NCBI RefSeq assembly: GCF_009914755.1
Contig: NC_060947.1
Reading direction: 5' to 3' (one strand)
From: the human T2T-CHM13v2.0 reference genome, Homo sapiens
DNA: 64,000 nucleotides
A program made the translations under genes and the position numbers. Below, piece after piece: positions 15,063 through 31,742 of this stretch; the first letter of the stretch is position 1, and each line of letters opens with the position of its first letter. The notes under the pieces were generated by a model. It was given only the letters and a program-made list of their open reading frames with translations, was not told the origin of the DNA and made no database searches.

Positions 15063-16247
15063 TTAGGTTTACAGAAGAACTGCAAATATAGTACAAAGAG
15101 TTCTCAGATACTCTTTCCTCACCTTCCCCTAATGCTAAGATCTTATACAACCATGGTACATCTATTTAAACTATAAAATTAACATTGATACAACACTACT
15201 AACTAAACTACAGACTTTAATCAGATTTCACCAGTTTTTCCTTTAATGTCCTTTTTCTCTTCCAGTGTCCAATCCAGGATATAACATGTCTCTTTAGTCT
15301 CCTGCAATCTGCTACAGTTTCTCAGTCTTTATTTGTTTTTCATGACTTTGGCATCTCTGAGGAATAGTGGACAGGTGTTTTGTAGAATGCTCCAAAATTA
15401 AGGTTTGTCTGATGTATTCTTATCATTAGACCAGGGCTATGGATTTTTGGGAAGAATATCATAGAGGTAAAGTGCCCTTCTCATCGCATCATATTAAGGG
15501 GTGCGTGTTATCCATAGACCTTTCACTGCTTATTAGACTTGATCCCCTTGATTAGGGAAGCATCTGCCAGATTTTTTCATTGCAAAGTTGCTATTTTTTT
15601 TCTATCCTACACTCTATTGTTTGGAAGCAAGTTACCAAGTGCAGCCCACACTCAAGAGAAGAAAAACTAAGTTCCACTTTCTGGAGAAAGGAGTAGAAAG
15701 AAATTAGGGGACATATGTTAAAACCACCACAATAATGAATAAATATTGGGTTCTGTCTGCAGCAATTATTATTGCTGTGTTCTGACACTGATTTTTTATT
15801 CCTCTAATTTCTTCAGTATATATTGTCTGGAATTGTAACAAGTTTTTCCTCTCTCCAATTTATTTATTTATTCAATGATTATATAAGTATGAAATCATGG
15901 CTATTTATTTTCCAGGTTATAATCCAAAATTAATATTTACTTTGTTGCTCAAATTGTTCTAGCTTTGGTCATTAGAACACTCTCAGGTGAGCTCCTGTGC
16001 CCTTTTTGACATACCCACATTTAAAAAATTTATTTTCTATTTACTTTTATTTTTATTTATTCACTAGAATTTCCTTACTCTCTATCACTACAGATGTGCT
16101 AAGATCATTCCCTGCCCTATCATTTCAATCAGTATATTCCAGTTAGAGTTGTGGATTTCTCTTTGTCCTCTCAGATCTAATCTTTTTTCCTTTTTTTTTT
16201 TCCACAGCTCTACTGTTAGGTGCATAAACATTTGGGATTATTGGGAG

Positions 16248-16608
16248 TGTTAAAAGATAAACTGAGATACATTAAAATATTAAAGAGTTTATTTGAGCAG
16301 ATAGTGATTTGTGAATCAGGCAGTGGTTTGGGGCTACAGTAAAAGGACACAGGGAGGAAACTTTTATAAAGTGTTCTTGGAAGAAAGACAAAGAAAACAT
16401 TTGATCAGTTAAAGTGAGGCAATAGCCTTATTTGGGTCATTCCAGCGGAAAAGTCCCTAGTTAGAAGTTAGATGATGGTTTCTGACTGGTCGATCTTAAA
16501 GTTTGTTTTACCATTTACATTGAGTTGGGTTTCAGTTTGCTTACACAGGAACACAAATTGCTGGAACCATCTCAGCCTAATGGCCTCCCAAGTAATTTTT
16601 TTTTCTCA
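16248..16608 (-). mobile_element. Solo ERV LTR (ERV1 class, family not assigned)
   Basis: TG..CA ends, near 4-bp TSD GGAG/GAAG, minus-strand poly(A) signal in 'gagtttatttgagc'. Interrupts L1 sequence. Confidence 0.6.
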
Positions 16609-16663
16609 GAAGCAGTGATCCCTTTATCATTATGTGATCCACCTTTATCCCTGATAATATTTC

Positions 16664-16990
<327 letters not shown>

Positions 16991-17519
16991 AGTGTTTCTT
17001 GTTCTAACCTTTACTTTGGTCATAATTGATATAGCTACTCTAGCTTTCTTTTGTTAGTGTTTGTACAGTGTATATTTCTTTATCATTTTACTTTTAATCT
17101 ACCTATGTCTTCATATGTAAAATGGGTTTCTTGTAGAAAGTACATGTTTAAGTCTTAATTTTTAAATTCAATATGAAAATCTCTGTCTTTTGTGTTTTTA
17201 GACCATTCAAATTGAGCCAAATTATATATGGTTAGACTAAAATCTATCATCTTGTTCACTGTTTTCTATTTGTTTCATTTGTTCTTTTTTATTTCCTCAT
17301 TTCTGCCTTCTCTAAGTGTAATTGAACATTTTGTAACTTTATTTTTTCTCATCGATCGAATTATTGTTTATACCTCTTTAAAAAACATGTTTAGTGGTTT
17401 AAAATATACATTTTAAAATAATCTTAGTCTACCTTCAAAGACTATTATACTGCTTCATGTGTAGTATAAGACCCACATAGTAGTATACTTCCAATTCATT
17501 TTCCTATCTCTTATGCTTT

Positions 17520-17820
17520 TGACCCACATACAGAGGAAAAGGCGGTGTGAAGACAGAACAGAGATATTTAAAGATGCTGGCCTTAAAGATTGGATTGATT
17601 CAGCCCCAAGCCAAAGAATCCTGGAAACCACCAGAAGTTGAAAGAGCCAAGGACAAAATTCTCCCCTACAGCTTCAGGAAGGGGAATGGTCCTTCTTTGA
17701 TTCTGGCCTGTGATCCTGATTCAGCCTTCTGCCTTCCAGAACTGTGAAAGACTAAATCTGTTGTTTTAAATCACCACATTTTTGGTGATTTGTTACAGCA
17801 GCCAGAGGGTAATAATAACA
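17520..17820 (+). mobile_element. MaLR LTR fragment (MLT1C/D-like)
   Basis: 'ccaagccaaagaatcctggaaaccaccagaagttgaaagagccaagga..gccttccagaactgtgaaaga..tttgttacagcagcca'. Confidence 0.75.
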
Positions 17821-19403
17821 TCTAGGTTTCTTTTTCCTGTTGGTGTTTTCTGAAATTCTTGGAACTGTGATTTGGTGTCTGTCACTAATTTTGGAAAATG
17901 CTCAGCCATTATTTAATTATTTCTTCAAATATTTTCTTCTGCTCTGTTCTCTCTTCCCTTCTGGAATTTCATTACAAATGTGTTAGACCATTTGATATTG
18001 TCTCATAGCTCTTGGATCTTCTGTTTTTGTCCTCTCTTTTATCTCTTTGTGTTTCAGTTGAGGTAATTTCTGTTGACATGTTATGAAGATCACTGATTAT
18101 ATCTTTGTGTGTTGAGTCTACTGATGACCCCTTTGAAGGCATTCTTCACCCTTGTCACTGTGTTTTTCATTTGTAGCATTTCTATTTTGTTTTTTCTTAT
18201 AGTCACTATCTTCCTGCTATAATTAACTACCTATTCTTTCATGTTATCTATCTTTTCATTTAGAGCCTTTAATATATTACTCATCGTAAATTGCCTACTA
18301 GTTTCAGCATCGGTGTCATAATTGAGACTGCTTCTGATGGTTGCTTTGACTCCTCAGACTGTTTTTTCTTTCCTTGTTGTATTCCTCTAAATTTTTTGTT
18401 GAAACATAGACACACAAGACAATAGGCACTAAGATTTTTTTTTTTTTATGACTGGAGATGAGCATGCCTTTCCTTCTGCTATGCCTTTAATGTGAGAGTT
18501 TGTAATAATATAATAAGAAAATGGGCTGAGTTTGAGGTTTGCTTTCCACTTGGCTTTGGGTCTTCTCTTTGTCATGCTCCCCAAAGAGAATTTTTCTTCT
18601 GCAGCCTCCCCAGTTCATTCCACTGCTAGTTTTACTTGACACCTGCTAGTGTGGCAGTGGAGGTATGGGGGATGGAAACGTTATCTAATGTTCTGACTAA
18701 GCCTCAGTCTTAGGCAAATTCTATGAAACTAGGTCAAAGCTTGTGTTTCTTTTCACAAGTATTCCTTTCCCCCCTCCAGACATAATGCTAGGCCAAGCAT
18801 GCGTTCCCTTTTCACCCCAGGAGCAGAAGTATTTTTGTTTTTTTCCTGGCTTCCTCAGGGTTCTCCCCATCTCCCCTGTGTCCATCTACGAGGTTTCTGT
18901 AGGAAAATCTTAAAAGAAGGTGTGAACTTTTCTGTGTCTGCTTTCCCCAAGGGCTTTATACTCTTACACTAGCTGACACCAGGCATTTAACAATTTGACT
19001 TTTTAAAATTCTAGTTAAATTCTCTTTCTGGCTTAATTGGCTTTTGGCAGCCTCTGTGCCAGGTAAACAAAGGCTAGTATCCCATTTCTCCCTGCAGACA
19101 CCAGTTTCTCTCTAGGGTTCAGGTTGGTTGTTTGCCCTGTGACTTCGGTTTTCTCATGTGTTCAAAAGAAGTCATTAATTTTATTCCTTTTTTTGTTCTT
19201 GTTGTTTAAAGGGCAGGAGCAATGTCTTTTCCAACTTTCTACATCTCCAAGCTGAAACTAGTGGTTGAAATTTTTCATATCTTGATTCAGGGACCTAGAC
19301 TTCTTTCTCTTGTAGCTTTCCTATCCACTAGGGCTTGCATATGATTATTTATACTCATAGTTGACTTTTACTTAGAATAAACTAGTAGATGTTAAATTGC
19401 TGG

Positions 19404-19830
19404 GTGTTGCTGTGTGCATTCTCCAGGAAGCAGACTCTAAGACAGAGATTAGTATTCAGCAAGTTTTTTTTAAGGACATACTCTTAGGATTAAAACCGCT
19501 GGAAAGGAAGGGAAGAAGGCAGGATTGGACAAGACAGAAGTTCAGCTGAGATAGAATCTCAACAAAGGGTCGGTTGATCCCATGGAAAGCTCTGGAGCAG
19601 AGAGAGCTCTGAAGAGTTGTCCTGTATGCAGTGAGGAAGCTGAACTTTTATGTCTTCTCATCAGTCAGTCATTGAATGAGGGTATATCCAAAGGAATACC
19701 TTGTCAAGGCAAGAGTCTCCAGCTGAGGACAATTTCTTAAGAGGACTGAGAGCTGAGGACTATTATCTGGTAGCACTGGAGGAATAAGTCTTGAAGGGGA
19801 TCTGGGCAATGCATCACAGCTTCCACTACA
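19404..19830 (-). mobile_element. ERVL LTR (LTR16A-like)
   Basis: 'ccaggaagcagactctaagacagagattagt..aggcaggattggac..catcacagcttccactaca'. Confidence 0.65.
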
Positions 19831-20489
19831 TTGAGTCAAAGAATATGAATATTTTAAGGCTCTTGATAGGTATTGTGAAATTATTCTTCACAAAAGTTGC
19901 TCTAGAAAAGGTGTACTTAAGTACTCTTGTACTTAGTTTTCTCATTGGTAATGTAGAAATAATTTTAACAATTTGCCTCACAGAGTTATTGAGAGAATTA
20001 AATGAGTCAATATTTATGGTATGCTTAGAACAGTGCCTAGTATATATTAAACACCAAATGCTTCTTAGCTATCATAATTATTGCTATCATTTTGCACTGA
20101 TACCAGAAGTACATAAAATTGCCTATTTATTTGCACTATAGCCACCTATGGGTATTTTCATTAAAACTAGAAATTTCCAATTTGAAATATGTCATGATGT
20201 TTTATTGACCACTTATATTTCTTCTTTTGTAGATTATTTTCTGATCCCCTTTGCCTATTTTCTATTAGAATGTAATTTTTTCTTACTAATTTGTGAGAGT
20301 TAAAAAAAGTCTTTAAGATATTTATTATTTAGCATTATGTGTCATAGAAGTTAGAAATATATTGCTAATCTGTGTATCTTTTAGCTTAATTAAGCTAGAT
20401 TATTATATTTTTACATACTTTCTGTAGGAGGCCTAGTTAGTGGATCAATGTCAGAATAACATTAATGATGATGATAAAAATATTGTTTA

Positions 20490-20720
20490 ATGACAACTAA
20501 TATCTATTGAGTATTTACTACCCTATATGGTAAGAAACACTCATTCTTTCATGCATTATCTTATTAATTCTCAGCATACATCTCTATGAGTTAAAATATT
20601 CTATTATGCCCATTTAATAGATATGAAAACTAAGGATTAGAAAGATTAAACAACTTGCCCCAAAGTCATAAATGGTGGAGATGGTATTGAAACTCAGGTC
20701 TGTTAGATTCTAAAGCCATC
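20490..20720 (-). mobile_element. MIR SINE
   Basis: 'attatgcccatttaatagatatgaaaactaagg..ttaaacaacttgcccca..ggtggagatggtattgaaactcaggtctg'. Confidence 0.75.
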
Positions 20721-21684
20721 ATTTCCTAAGGTGTGTGTTTTGTGAAACACCATCCCATGAGACATTATGTATACATGTGCACAAATATGTACACGCCACA
20801 TCAAATTGATCTAGTAGAGTTTTGAATATCTGATTCCAGAAATAGTCTATATAGATACCAGCATATGAAAAACTCAAAGGGACACTTTAGGAAAGAAACT
20901 TGTCTAACTTGTTTAACCCAGGATTTCCCCCAAATTATTTAATTATAGATCTTTTATTTCCCATTATATCACTAACAGACTGTAGAAACAGTGCTCTATT
21001 TCACACACCTGGTAAAATGCTGCACTACACTACTCAGTCCTTCAACGACTGAGGGCAGTGCCCAGCTGTCTGGGATTCTGTTCACTTATCATTGATACAG
21101 ATGAAAACAAAGACAATGCCCTAATCAAATTAGCCGGTGACTCAAAGTGAGGAGGAAAAGCTGCTACACTAGGTAACAAAATAAGGATTTAATAATCTGG
21201 AACAATGAACAGAAGTAAATAAGATACAATCTGACAGGGATAAATGTAAAATCCCGCAGTTAGCTTAAAACAAAAATCAGTGACATGAGTGCAATTTAGA
21301 AGGAAGTTAGATTTCACAGTAGTTTGTGTGAGGAAGCCTGGGGGATTTAATTGATCATAAACCCAATAAAAAAGCAATTTAAATGTATTCAATAAGCAAG
21401 GGAACCACAGTTTTAAACCTACATTAATACATGATAGTGTTTAGATTGTCAAAGATTGGTATCCACTCCCCTGGTTGTTGCGCTAGTCAGAGAGTGTCTG
21501 GAACATTGTGATATATCTGGCAGCACGCTTTAAGACAAATAATGAATGGCAATCCAGAACCTATCCAAGTGGTGTTGACTTAGATAATGAGGAGTCCAGC
21601 AGCCATCACCTTTTGAGCAGTAGTAGAAACAGCTCAAGCTGTCTACTGTGGTAAGAGTAGGTTCAGGGTGGCCACTGGGAGTGG

Positions 21685-22068
21685 ATGATTGTACTGAATA
21701 TGTTTTGTTTGTTTCTATTTATTTTCCATTGTGCTTTGTACCCTAGGAGGCTCTCTGACCTCTATCTGCCAGTGGGAGGCACCAGGAGGAGATCAGAGAT
21801 AGGAGGGGAATGAAGTAGGTATTTATTCTCTTGGCTGCCTCCCTGATGGATCACTGGGTGATTCTGTCCTCCAGCTTCAGCTACCTCTCAGCCTATCCTT
21901 CCCCTTGACACTTCAGGCTTAGGACTCTGTTCTTGCTGGCTCTAGAGTGGTCCTAAGTTTTGCTTAACCCTGCTCACATCTTTATAAATAACCCTTTTAT
22001 CTTGCTCTCCTCAATTACTGCCTGAGCGTGTGATCCGTTGCCTGCTAGGACCAGCCCCAGACTAATGC
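21685..22068 (+). mobile_element. ERVL LTR (LTR33-like)
   Basis: 'gccagtgggaggcaccaggaggagatcagag..ccctgctcacatctttataaataacccttttat..cctgctaggacc'. Confidence 0.6.
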
Positions 22069-22171
22069 TGGGATAATTAGGATGATTGTCTGAATATTTC
22101 AAGGGCTTTCACAAGGCAGAGGGTAGAATTAAGACAAGAGGGTGGAAGTTGTGGACAGATTGGATTCATGT

Positions 22172-22640
22172 ACTCATTTATTCATTCAACTAATCTTATT
22201 AAGCCTCTACTATGTTCCAAGCCCTGTGCTATGCATAAGGCAGTGCTCTAAATGCTTATGGCAAAGAGAGTTAATCTAGGTTGAAAGTTAGGGAGGCTTC
22301 CCAGATTTAAAAAAAAAAAAAAAAGAACCCAAAAGATGAGTAGGGGTTGCAGGGTAAAGAGAGGAGAACCTGGGAAGAAATGTTCCAGGAAGAGGAATTT
22401 ACAGGTGAGAAGGCTGGAAGTGAGAGAGAAAAAGACTTATTATAGGAGGTGAAAGAAGGTCCCAGTGTCTGGAGTTTCTCTATCTGCTGGTTGGGTGAGA
22501 GGAGCACATCAAGGGATGAGGCTGAGAGATGGGAGTGGGGCTGAACATGCAGAGCTATTGTGAACATGGACTTGATTTTAAGGGCCATAGGAGCCCCTTG
22601 AAAAGTTTAAAGCAAGGGAGACACCTATTATGATTTTCTC
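22172..22640 (-). mobile_element. L2 3' fragment
   Basis: 'cattcaactaatcttattaagcctctactatgttccaagccctgtgct' is the L2 3' terminus on the reverse strand. Confidence 0.65.
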
Positions 22641-25600
22641 TTTCCATTGCAGAGCAAAAGGAACAAAAACACCCGAGAATATTCAGATATAAATCACACT
22701 ACCTTATCAAGGAATGAGTAGCCAGCTCCTGGAAGTATCCAAGGAGAGACTGGATGACAGCTCTAGCATATTTTTAAGGAGGCAACTACACTGAGTGAGA
22801 GGTTGGACTACCAGACATCTATGGCCCTTTCTAATACAGAAAATTTTGAGCCTCCTCTGGCCCGTCCCCCATTCTCTATGGTGGGAATAAAGACATAGTG
22901 GTTTGAGAATCCTTTCACTGACATCCAAAACTGGCAGTGCAATGTGCTGTTTTTTTTTTTTTTTTTTTTTTTCAGCCCCTACCCTTGGGCCTAGAAGGAA
23001 AGATACACATCCAGACTGGAACTTCTGATAAGACACTGGGCTCTAGTGTTTGTGTTCTCTCATCCCAGCTGACACAGGAAGGACACTGGCCACAATGAGT
23101 TCCAGGGAATGGCTCAGCCAGCATCTGACTTTCAGGCCCGCTAACAGCTGGCTCTATAGTCTAGGGTATTAAACAAGTTCACCAGTTTTTTTTTTCTTTT
23201 AAAATTAAACTCTATGAAATATAAGAAAACAAACATCTCGGGCCCTGGGTCAGTGCCACACTCTGGCCACAGTGAGGACCGGGCAAGGTTCGAGGGCTCT
23301 GAAGGCAGAGGTGTTGTCAAGCACTGTGGCACTCTTGTTTTGGAACTCACTCTCAGGGACTGGGCAGATCTGTGTGTGATAACACAGCTGTGGTCCGATA
23401 ATTACAGAAAGCTTCTCATTATGCTTGAGTAGGGGCCAAGGTATGGCCCTGCCACTGCCATGCCTTGGCTCCCACTCAAGTATAATGAGGTTTCTGTAAT
23501 TGTCGGCCTGTGAGGCTGCAAAACTGGCACTGTTTAGAGCAAGTTGGCTTTTACAGCAAGTTGGCTTTTACAGCCAGCACTGGCATCTGAGGTGTGCCGG
23601 AGAGCTCCTGTTCCTGCTTCCTGCAGGCGAGCGCCCCTAGTGCCTGCTTCTCATCTCCTAACTCGGGCAATCTCTTTGTTCCTAAACCCACTGCATCAAA
23701 CACAGCAGCTCCGTCAGTGGGGCTCAGTTTTCTAGTTGATATTCCATTCAACTTCTGTTCACATGACTCATCTTTCTTCCCCCTTCACATACTTCTCTTT
23801 TTTCTAACCCCGGAAAGGGATTCATTTTCTTTAACATTCCAGGTATAGAACATGTTTAATCAGAGCCTGGATAGTCCCTGCTGTCTGGGTACAATGACAG
23901 GAGAAGCAGCTTGGCTTTCTAAGCACTTCTTATGGCCTTAAATGAGGACAGATTGATTTTAGCCGAAATACCCATTAGCGAAAGATAATTAGAAAATTAT
24001 CAATCTATACGTTGAGTCGTAACAATTTGAATGAGAGCACAGGATAGGTCATCCTGGCCCTGACAGATCACCAGGGCAACAGAAGAGGGCCTCTGGGGAA
24101 AAGAAGAGCAGGGAAGAAGGAGCTGACTTGGGCTCAACAGTCATGAAGGCGGGAGCGAAGCAGAGTGAAGTGAATGTGCGAGGGTTTAATTTGCCTCATG
24201 GAAAATATCCTATTATCAAGAAGCTGCTTCCTCTACTGGAATTTTTACTTTTTCCAATAAAAGGGAAGAAGTACAGTTTTATGTAACACATACAGCAGAA
24301 AAAGTAGAACGGTGACCCTGTGAAAATTACGGCATTAAAAGCAATAAGCTTGCCATTGCCAATAAACCACACAGACACCATGCCATGCCATCCTGAGTAT
24401 AAAGATGACATTTTTACAGTTATTCCTATAGTAACTTCTCCCACCGCAACTACATTTTGAACATCATGCTTTCACAAAGAGACTCTTTCTAAAGTTTGAG
24501 GATTTCTGAGGTTTCATTATTCAAGGCCCAGGTCAGGCATCCCATTTTCAAGAAAGCCTCACAGCCTGGATTACATGCTCCCATAGTACCTTTCTCTCAT
24601 GGCAGTTAATTCACTTCTGTATTTGCTAATTGTTTACTTATCTTTCCAACCACTAGACTATGAGCTTCCTGAAGACAATCATCATGGATTATTCATTTCT
24701 GAATCCCTGGTGTCTACCAGTACCTGGCTTTATAAATGTTTATAGAGTTGAATAATTAATAAGCCTTATTTCTTGTCCCATCCTTTAAGCCAAGGAGACT
24801 AAGTTAAGCCATAGCAACTGAGTTAAGTTAGATACCTTCACTAATCTCTCCTAACCCCAAGGTGCTATAATTTTAGAATCTGCTGTCTTCTGCCTAAATC
24901 AGAAAGTAGATGAGGTTTGGAAGCAAGAAAATTATTTGGCTGGATGAGAATGTTAAAAGGGAGAAAACAATTTCTCCTAAGCAGAATTCTTCATTTAAAA
25001 TGGAGAGGAGAGGTGTGGCAAGGGTAGAATGGATTTGAGGCTAGGGGTATACAAAGATATATGCCCAAAATTATAGAAAGGCAGAAACATCAATTCTCAT
25101 TTTCTTCTAAAGAAAAGTCAATAATTGAAGTCTATATTATAAGCAGTGATCACCAGAATCCTGACTACAGGAAAAAAATTGACAGCCCTTCTCCTTTTTT
25201 TCTGCAAATGAAAAATTCTGATTGTATAAAAATAATTTAAGGGTGAAGGCAAGGACTTGTTTCCTTTTAGAATCAGTGGCTGAAAAGATGGTAGAAATAA
25301 TTGAAGATCAATTCAAAATAGGCAATTTAATTGGGTCTTTATTTTTCAAAAAAAAGGAGAAATTTAAAACATCAGGCTTACTCTTCTGAGTTGTATAAAA
25401 GGAATACAGAACATAAAAATTCAATATAGAACAAATCAAATACATACCAAACTTTCATTCTCTATTGTCCACACTTATAGGAATGAGAAAGAGAATTAAA
25501 GAGGCAGAGAGAGAAAGAGGTGAGTGGGGGAGGCTTTGGATAAAGTAACAGAAAAGAGAGAAAGACACTTGTAAGCCTAATGGCCATAAAAACATAGCTA

Positions 25601-25766
25601 GAAAAAGACACACACAATAAAGACCCAGATAGAGGTTTCCATGACCTAAAATATCTATTCTGTGTTATTTTAGAATAAGTTAGTAAAGACTTTTAAAAGC
25701 ATGTTTTATTTTTGACTTTCAATATCTCTTGGTTTCAGAGTTTATGACAATTTGATATTTGTTCTT

Positions 25767-25814
25767 TGTGTGTTTGTGTGTGTGTGTGTGTGTGACAGAG
25801 AGAGAGAGAGAGAG
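25767..25814. repeat. (TG)n(AG)n microsatellite
   Basis: Read directly from the sequence. Confidence 0.9.
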
Positions 25815-26866
25815 AATGAAAGACTCTAAAGGAATTAACATAAGAGGTATGCTGAGAAAGTTTGTTCAGAGTAAGGAGTATTTCAGGAAGAAAATATTTT
25901 GATATTTTGAATGTATCACTGGGTAATACTACTTTGGCTGCTGCTGAAAGAGACACGATGGAGTGGGAGAGGGTCAGAAAATGGGTTTCATTGGCTGCTA
26001 TTTGTTTCCTTCAAGATCTTCTGGATCATCTATTTGTTCTCACCTCATACTAGTCAGAGTTCCTGGGGTGCAATGGGGCTTGGGGATCCTTACACTGCTC
26101 TTAACAAGCTGTTTCCTTCATGACCCAGTGGAAGTGGGTAAATAAAATCTGCGTATGAGATTTTTCCATCTTATGAAAAATATGCTTAAAGTAAAACCAT
26201 TCCTTGTAAGTAACCATGGCCTACCAATGTGTCAACTAAGTTTATTACGGGGAACATTTGTAGATTTATTCCATGCTGAATCTTCTAACTTTTTATTCTT
26301 ATGTGACTATATACTGAAGAAATCCTAAAGATAAGCAGTTTTGCACACCTTTGTTACTCTTATTATTGTATGTATAAAAATATTCCATTTTCACGTATTT
26401 AATTCTATAGTTATTGATTCAGAAAAAGGATAATATGTAACATTGTGGGCTCACTGTTTTTCATGAACTTAATGTGCTCATGAATCATTGAATGTCTTCT
26501 CACTGACTGCTTCTTGTGTCCAAGTTATTGTGTATTATTGATCCACAATGACTTTGTAATAAAATCAGTTTTTTTCTATTCTTTATATTAATGCTCTTAT
26601 TTAAAACTCTGTAACTCAATTGTTATTTTGTTTTGAAACGAAAACCTTTCATGAGTTTATGTTATAGGCAAGGCATCATGCTAGTCACTGGAAGTGAATG
26701 CCTTGTTGCAGTGACTCTGTGGAGCAAATGGCATCTAAACTCACTTCTTGATTTATAATCTGTTTCATTTCTCCTTAACTCCCCAACCTATTTAATTAAA
26801 TGGATCCTTAATATAAAATGTTATTTAACAAAGGGAAAGAGACCTATTTAGGTGTGTGTTCTAAAT

Positions 26867-27185
26867 CAGGAGTCCCCAACCCCCAGGCCCCAAACCCTGC
26901 CTGTTAAGAACCCAGCAGTGGGCCAGGGAGCATTGCCACCTGAGCTCCACCTCCTGTCTAAGGAACAGCGGCATTAGAGTCTCATAGGGGCGCAAACTTT
27001 ATTGTAAACTGCACGTGTGAGGGATCTAGGGTGCACATTCCTTATGAGAATCTAACTAATGCGTGATGGTCTGAGGTGGAGCAGTTTCATCCCGAAACCA
27101 TCCCCCATCCCCACCCCACCCCATCCATGGAAAAATTGTCTTCTGCGAAAAGGGTCCCTGGTGCCAAAAAGGTTGGGAACTGCTA
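26867..27185 (+). mobile_element. MER1B hAT-Charlie MITE
   Basis: TIRs CAGGAGTCCCCAACC / GGTTGGGAACTGCTA, internal 'ccttatgagaatctaactaatgc', 8-bp TSD TTCTAAAT / TTTTAAAT. Confidence 0.9.
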
Positions 27186-28351
27186 TTTTAAATAAACCAG
27201 CATCAAGTATCCATCCTCTAACTTTTTCCTCTTGGTCATACAGTAAAATATAATCAATAAAAATTTTTATAGACTGTGACCTCTTCCTGTCAGGATAGAA
27301 GTGGTTTACAGTAAAGGAGATATTCAGATCTTTATCCTAGACCACAGTTTGGCTGTGCTAGCCCTTGGTACAGGGGAGTCAGAGGCTTGAGTTTAGGTCC
27401 CTGAACAAGATGGAAGGAATCCCAGCTGTAGCGTTAGAACATCGATGAAATTCTCCACTAATCTACTCCTCTCCACCTGAACTGAAAAAGGTCTTCTTTC
27501 TTTTTTCTCAGTGCTAGTGTTCTATTAATAGAAGTAGAGACATACTTTAATATGGAGATAAACTTTAATAATAGAAATAAAAACATTTATTTGGTCATGT
27601 CATAATGACCAAGACAAAGTTAACTCTGATTCCACAGTATATTTTAAGCCAAAATATACTTGCTTTCTGAACCATAAACATGGCTAAAATGACCTTTCTT
27701 TTTTTCCAAAGAAGAGAAAATCCTAACAAATAGTCTATAAGAAAATATCTAAAACACTTTGTATGAAACTTGCTTTACTTTTTCTTAATCTCCAAGATTA
27801 GATAATACTGGAAGAATATTAGATCTTTGAATTCAAGTCACACTGAAATAGGCATGGCAAAATGAGTATTTAAAAAAAGGGAAGAAAGAGAAATTGATTA
27901 TACTGGAGGTTTGAGATCTGTGATCAAGAATGTTTCACAGAGGAGAAGACCTTTAACATTTTTAGCTCATTCTTGGACCATGGAAATATTTTGACAGAGA
28001 GAGGAGGGAAAAATTATCAGGTTTAAGTGAAAATATGCCAGTGTTATAGTGTTTGGGTATTTGAGGAACGAGGATTGGTTTAATGTGGTCATGACATATC
28101 ACTGGGAGTGGCTGGACACCAGGCCAGTGACTTATTTTTAAGCTAATTTCTACGTGTTGCTAGTGGGAAATTGAAAAGGGTGTCAGGAGGTAAATAAGTG
28201 TATATAAATAAAGCCAAACTATTTTATTGATCTATATCCACAAAATCTGTGAAATCAGAAGAGTCTGTTCTCCTGAAGACCTATTTTATACTGGATACCA
28301 GGCAGAGAACTGGTACATAATTATTATTGGCTCAACTGCTTTAGACCTAAA

Positions 28352-28773
28352 GTATAAGTTATCTATTGCCTTACGTAATGCAGCATAACAACTCACTTCC
28401 TGTTTTACCTATCTCCATCAAACAAAACCGTAGCTCTTGTGTCTGTGGATCAGCTGGGCGGTTCTTCTGTTCTGGGCCAGGCTAAAATTATCTCATCTAG
28501 AAGCATTCATGTAAGCAGTTAGCCAGCTGGTTGGCTGGGAACTGACTGGTCTTTGATTACTTCTCTCGAGATGGCTCTCCTCCATGGGGTCTCTTATCCT
28601 CTAGTAGGCTGGTCCAGCCTTGTTCACAGAGCTCTCTAGGATTTGAGAGAGCAAGAAGTATACAAAGCCTTCTGAGTCCTAGATTTGGAACTGTAACACC
28701 ATCACTTCCACTGTATTCTGTTATCTAAAACATGACACAGGGCTTCCAGGGGTGGGATTATAAACTTCACTTC
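28352..28773 (-). mobile_element. MaLR LTR (MLT1H/G-like), first part; remainder at ~31714-31790
   Basis: 'agttatctattgc..cagctgggcggttcttctg..ccatcacttccactgtattctgtt'. Continues after the L1 as 'atgggaag..caatctacctca'. Confidence 0.65.

Positions 28774-31742
<2,969 letters not shown>

Larger units (their letters stand above)
21060..22850 (+). mobile_element. CR1/L3 LINE 3' region, split by an LTR33-like element and an L2
   Basis: L3-like 'taatcaaattagccggtgactcaaagtgaggagg..agggataaatgtaaaatcc'. Resumes at ~22075 and ends 'ggttggactaccagacatctatggccctttctaatac'. Confidence 0.55.

Noticed and set aside
23628-23644. CTCF-like GAGCGCCCCTAGTGCC
   Set aside because: It is one base short in the G-run of the CCACYAGRKGGCGC core and needs a gap to align.
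27591-27612. Hairpin TTGGTCAT-n6-ATGACCAA
   Set aside because: An 8-bp stem is expected by chance in 64 kb, and there is no ncRNA context.
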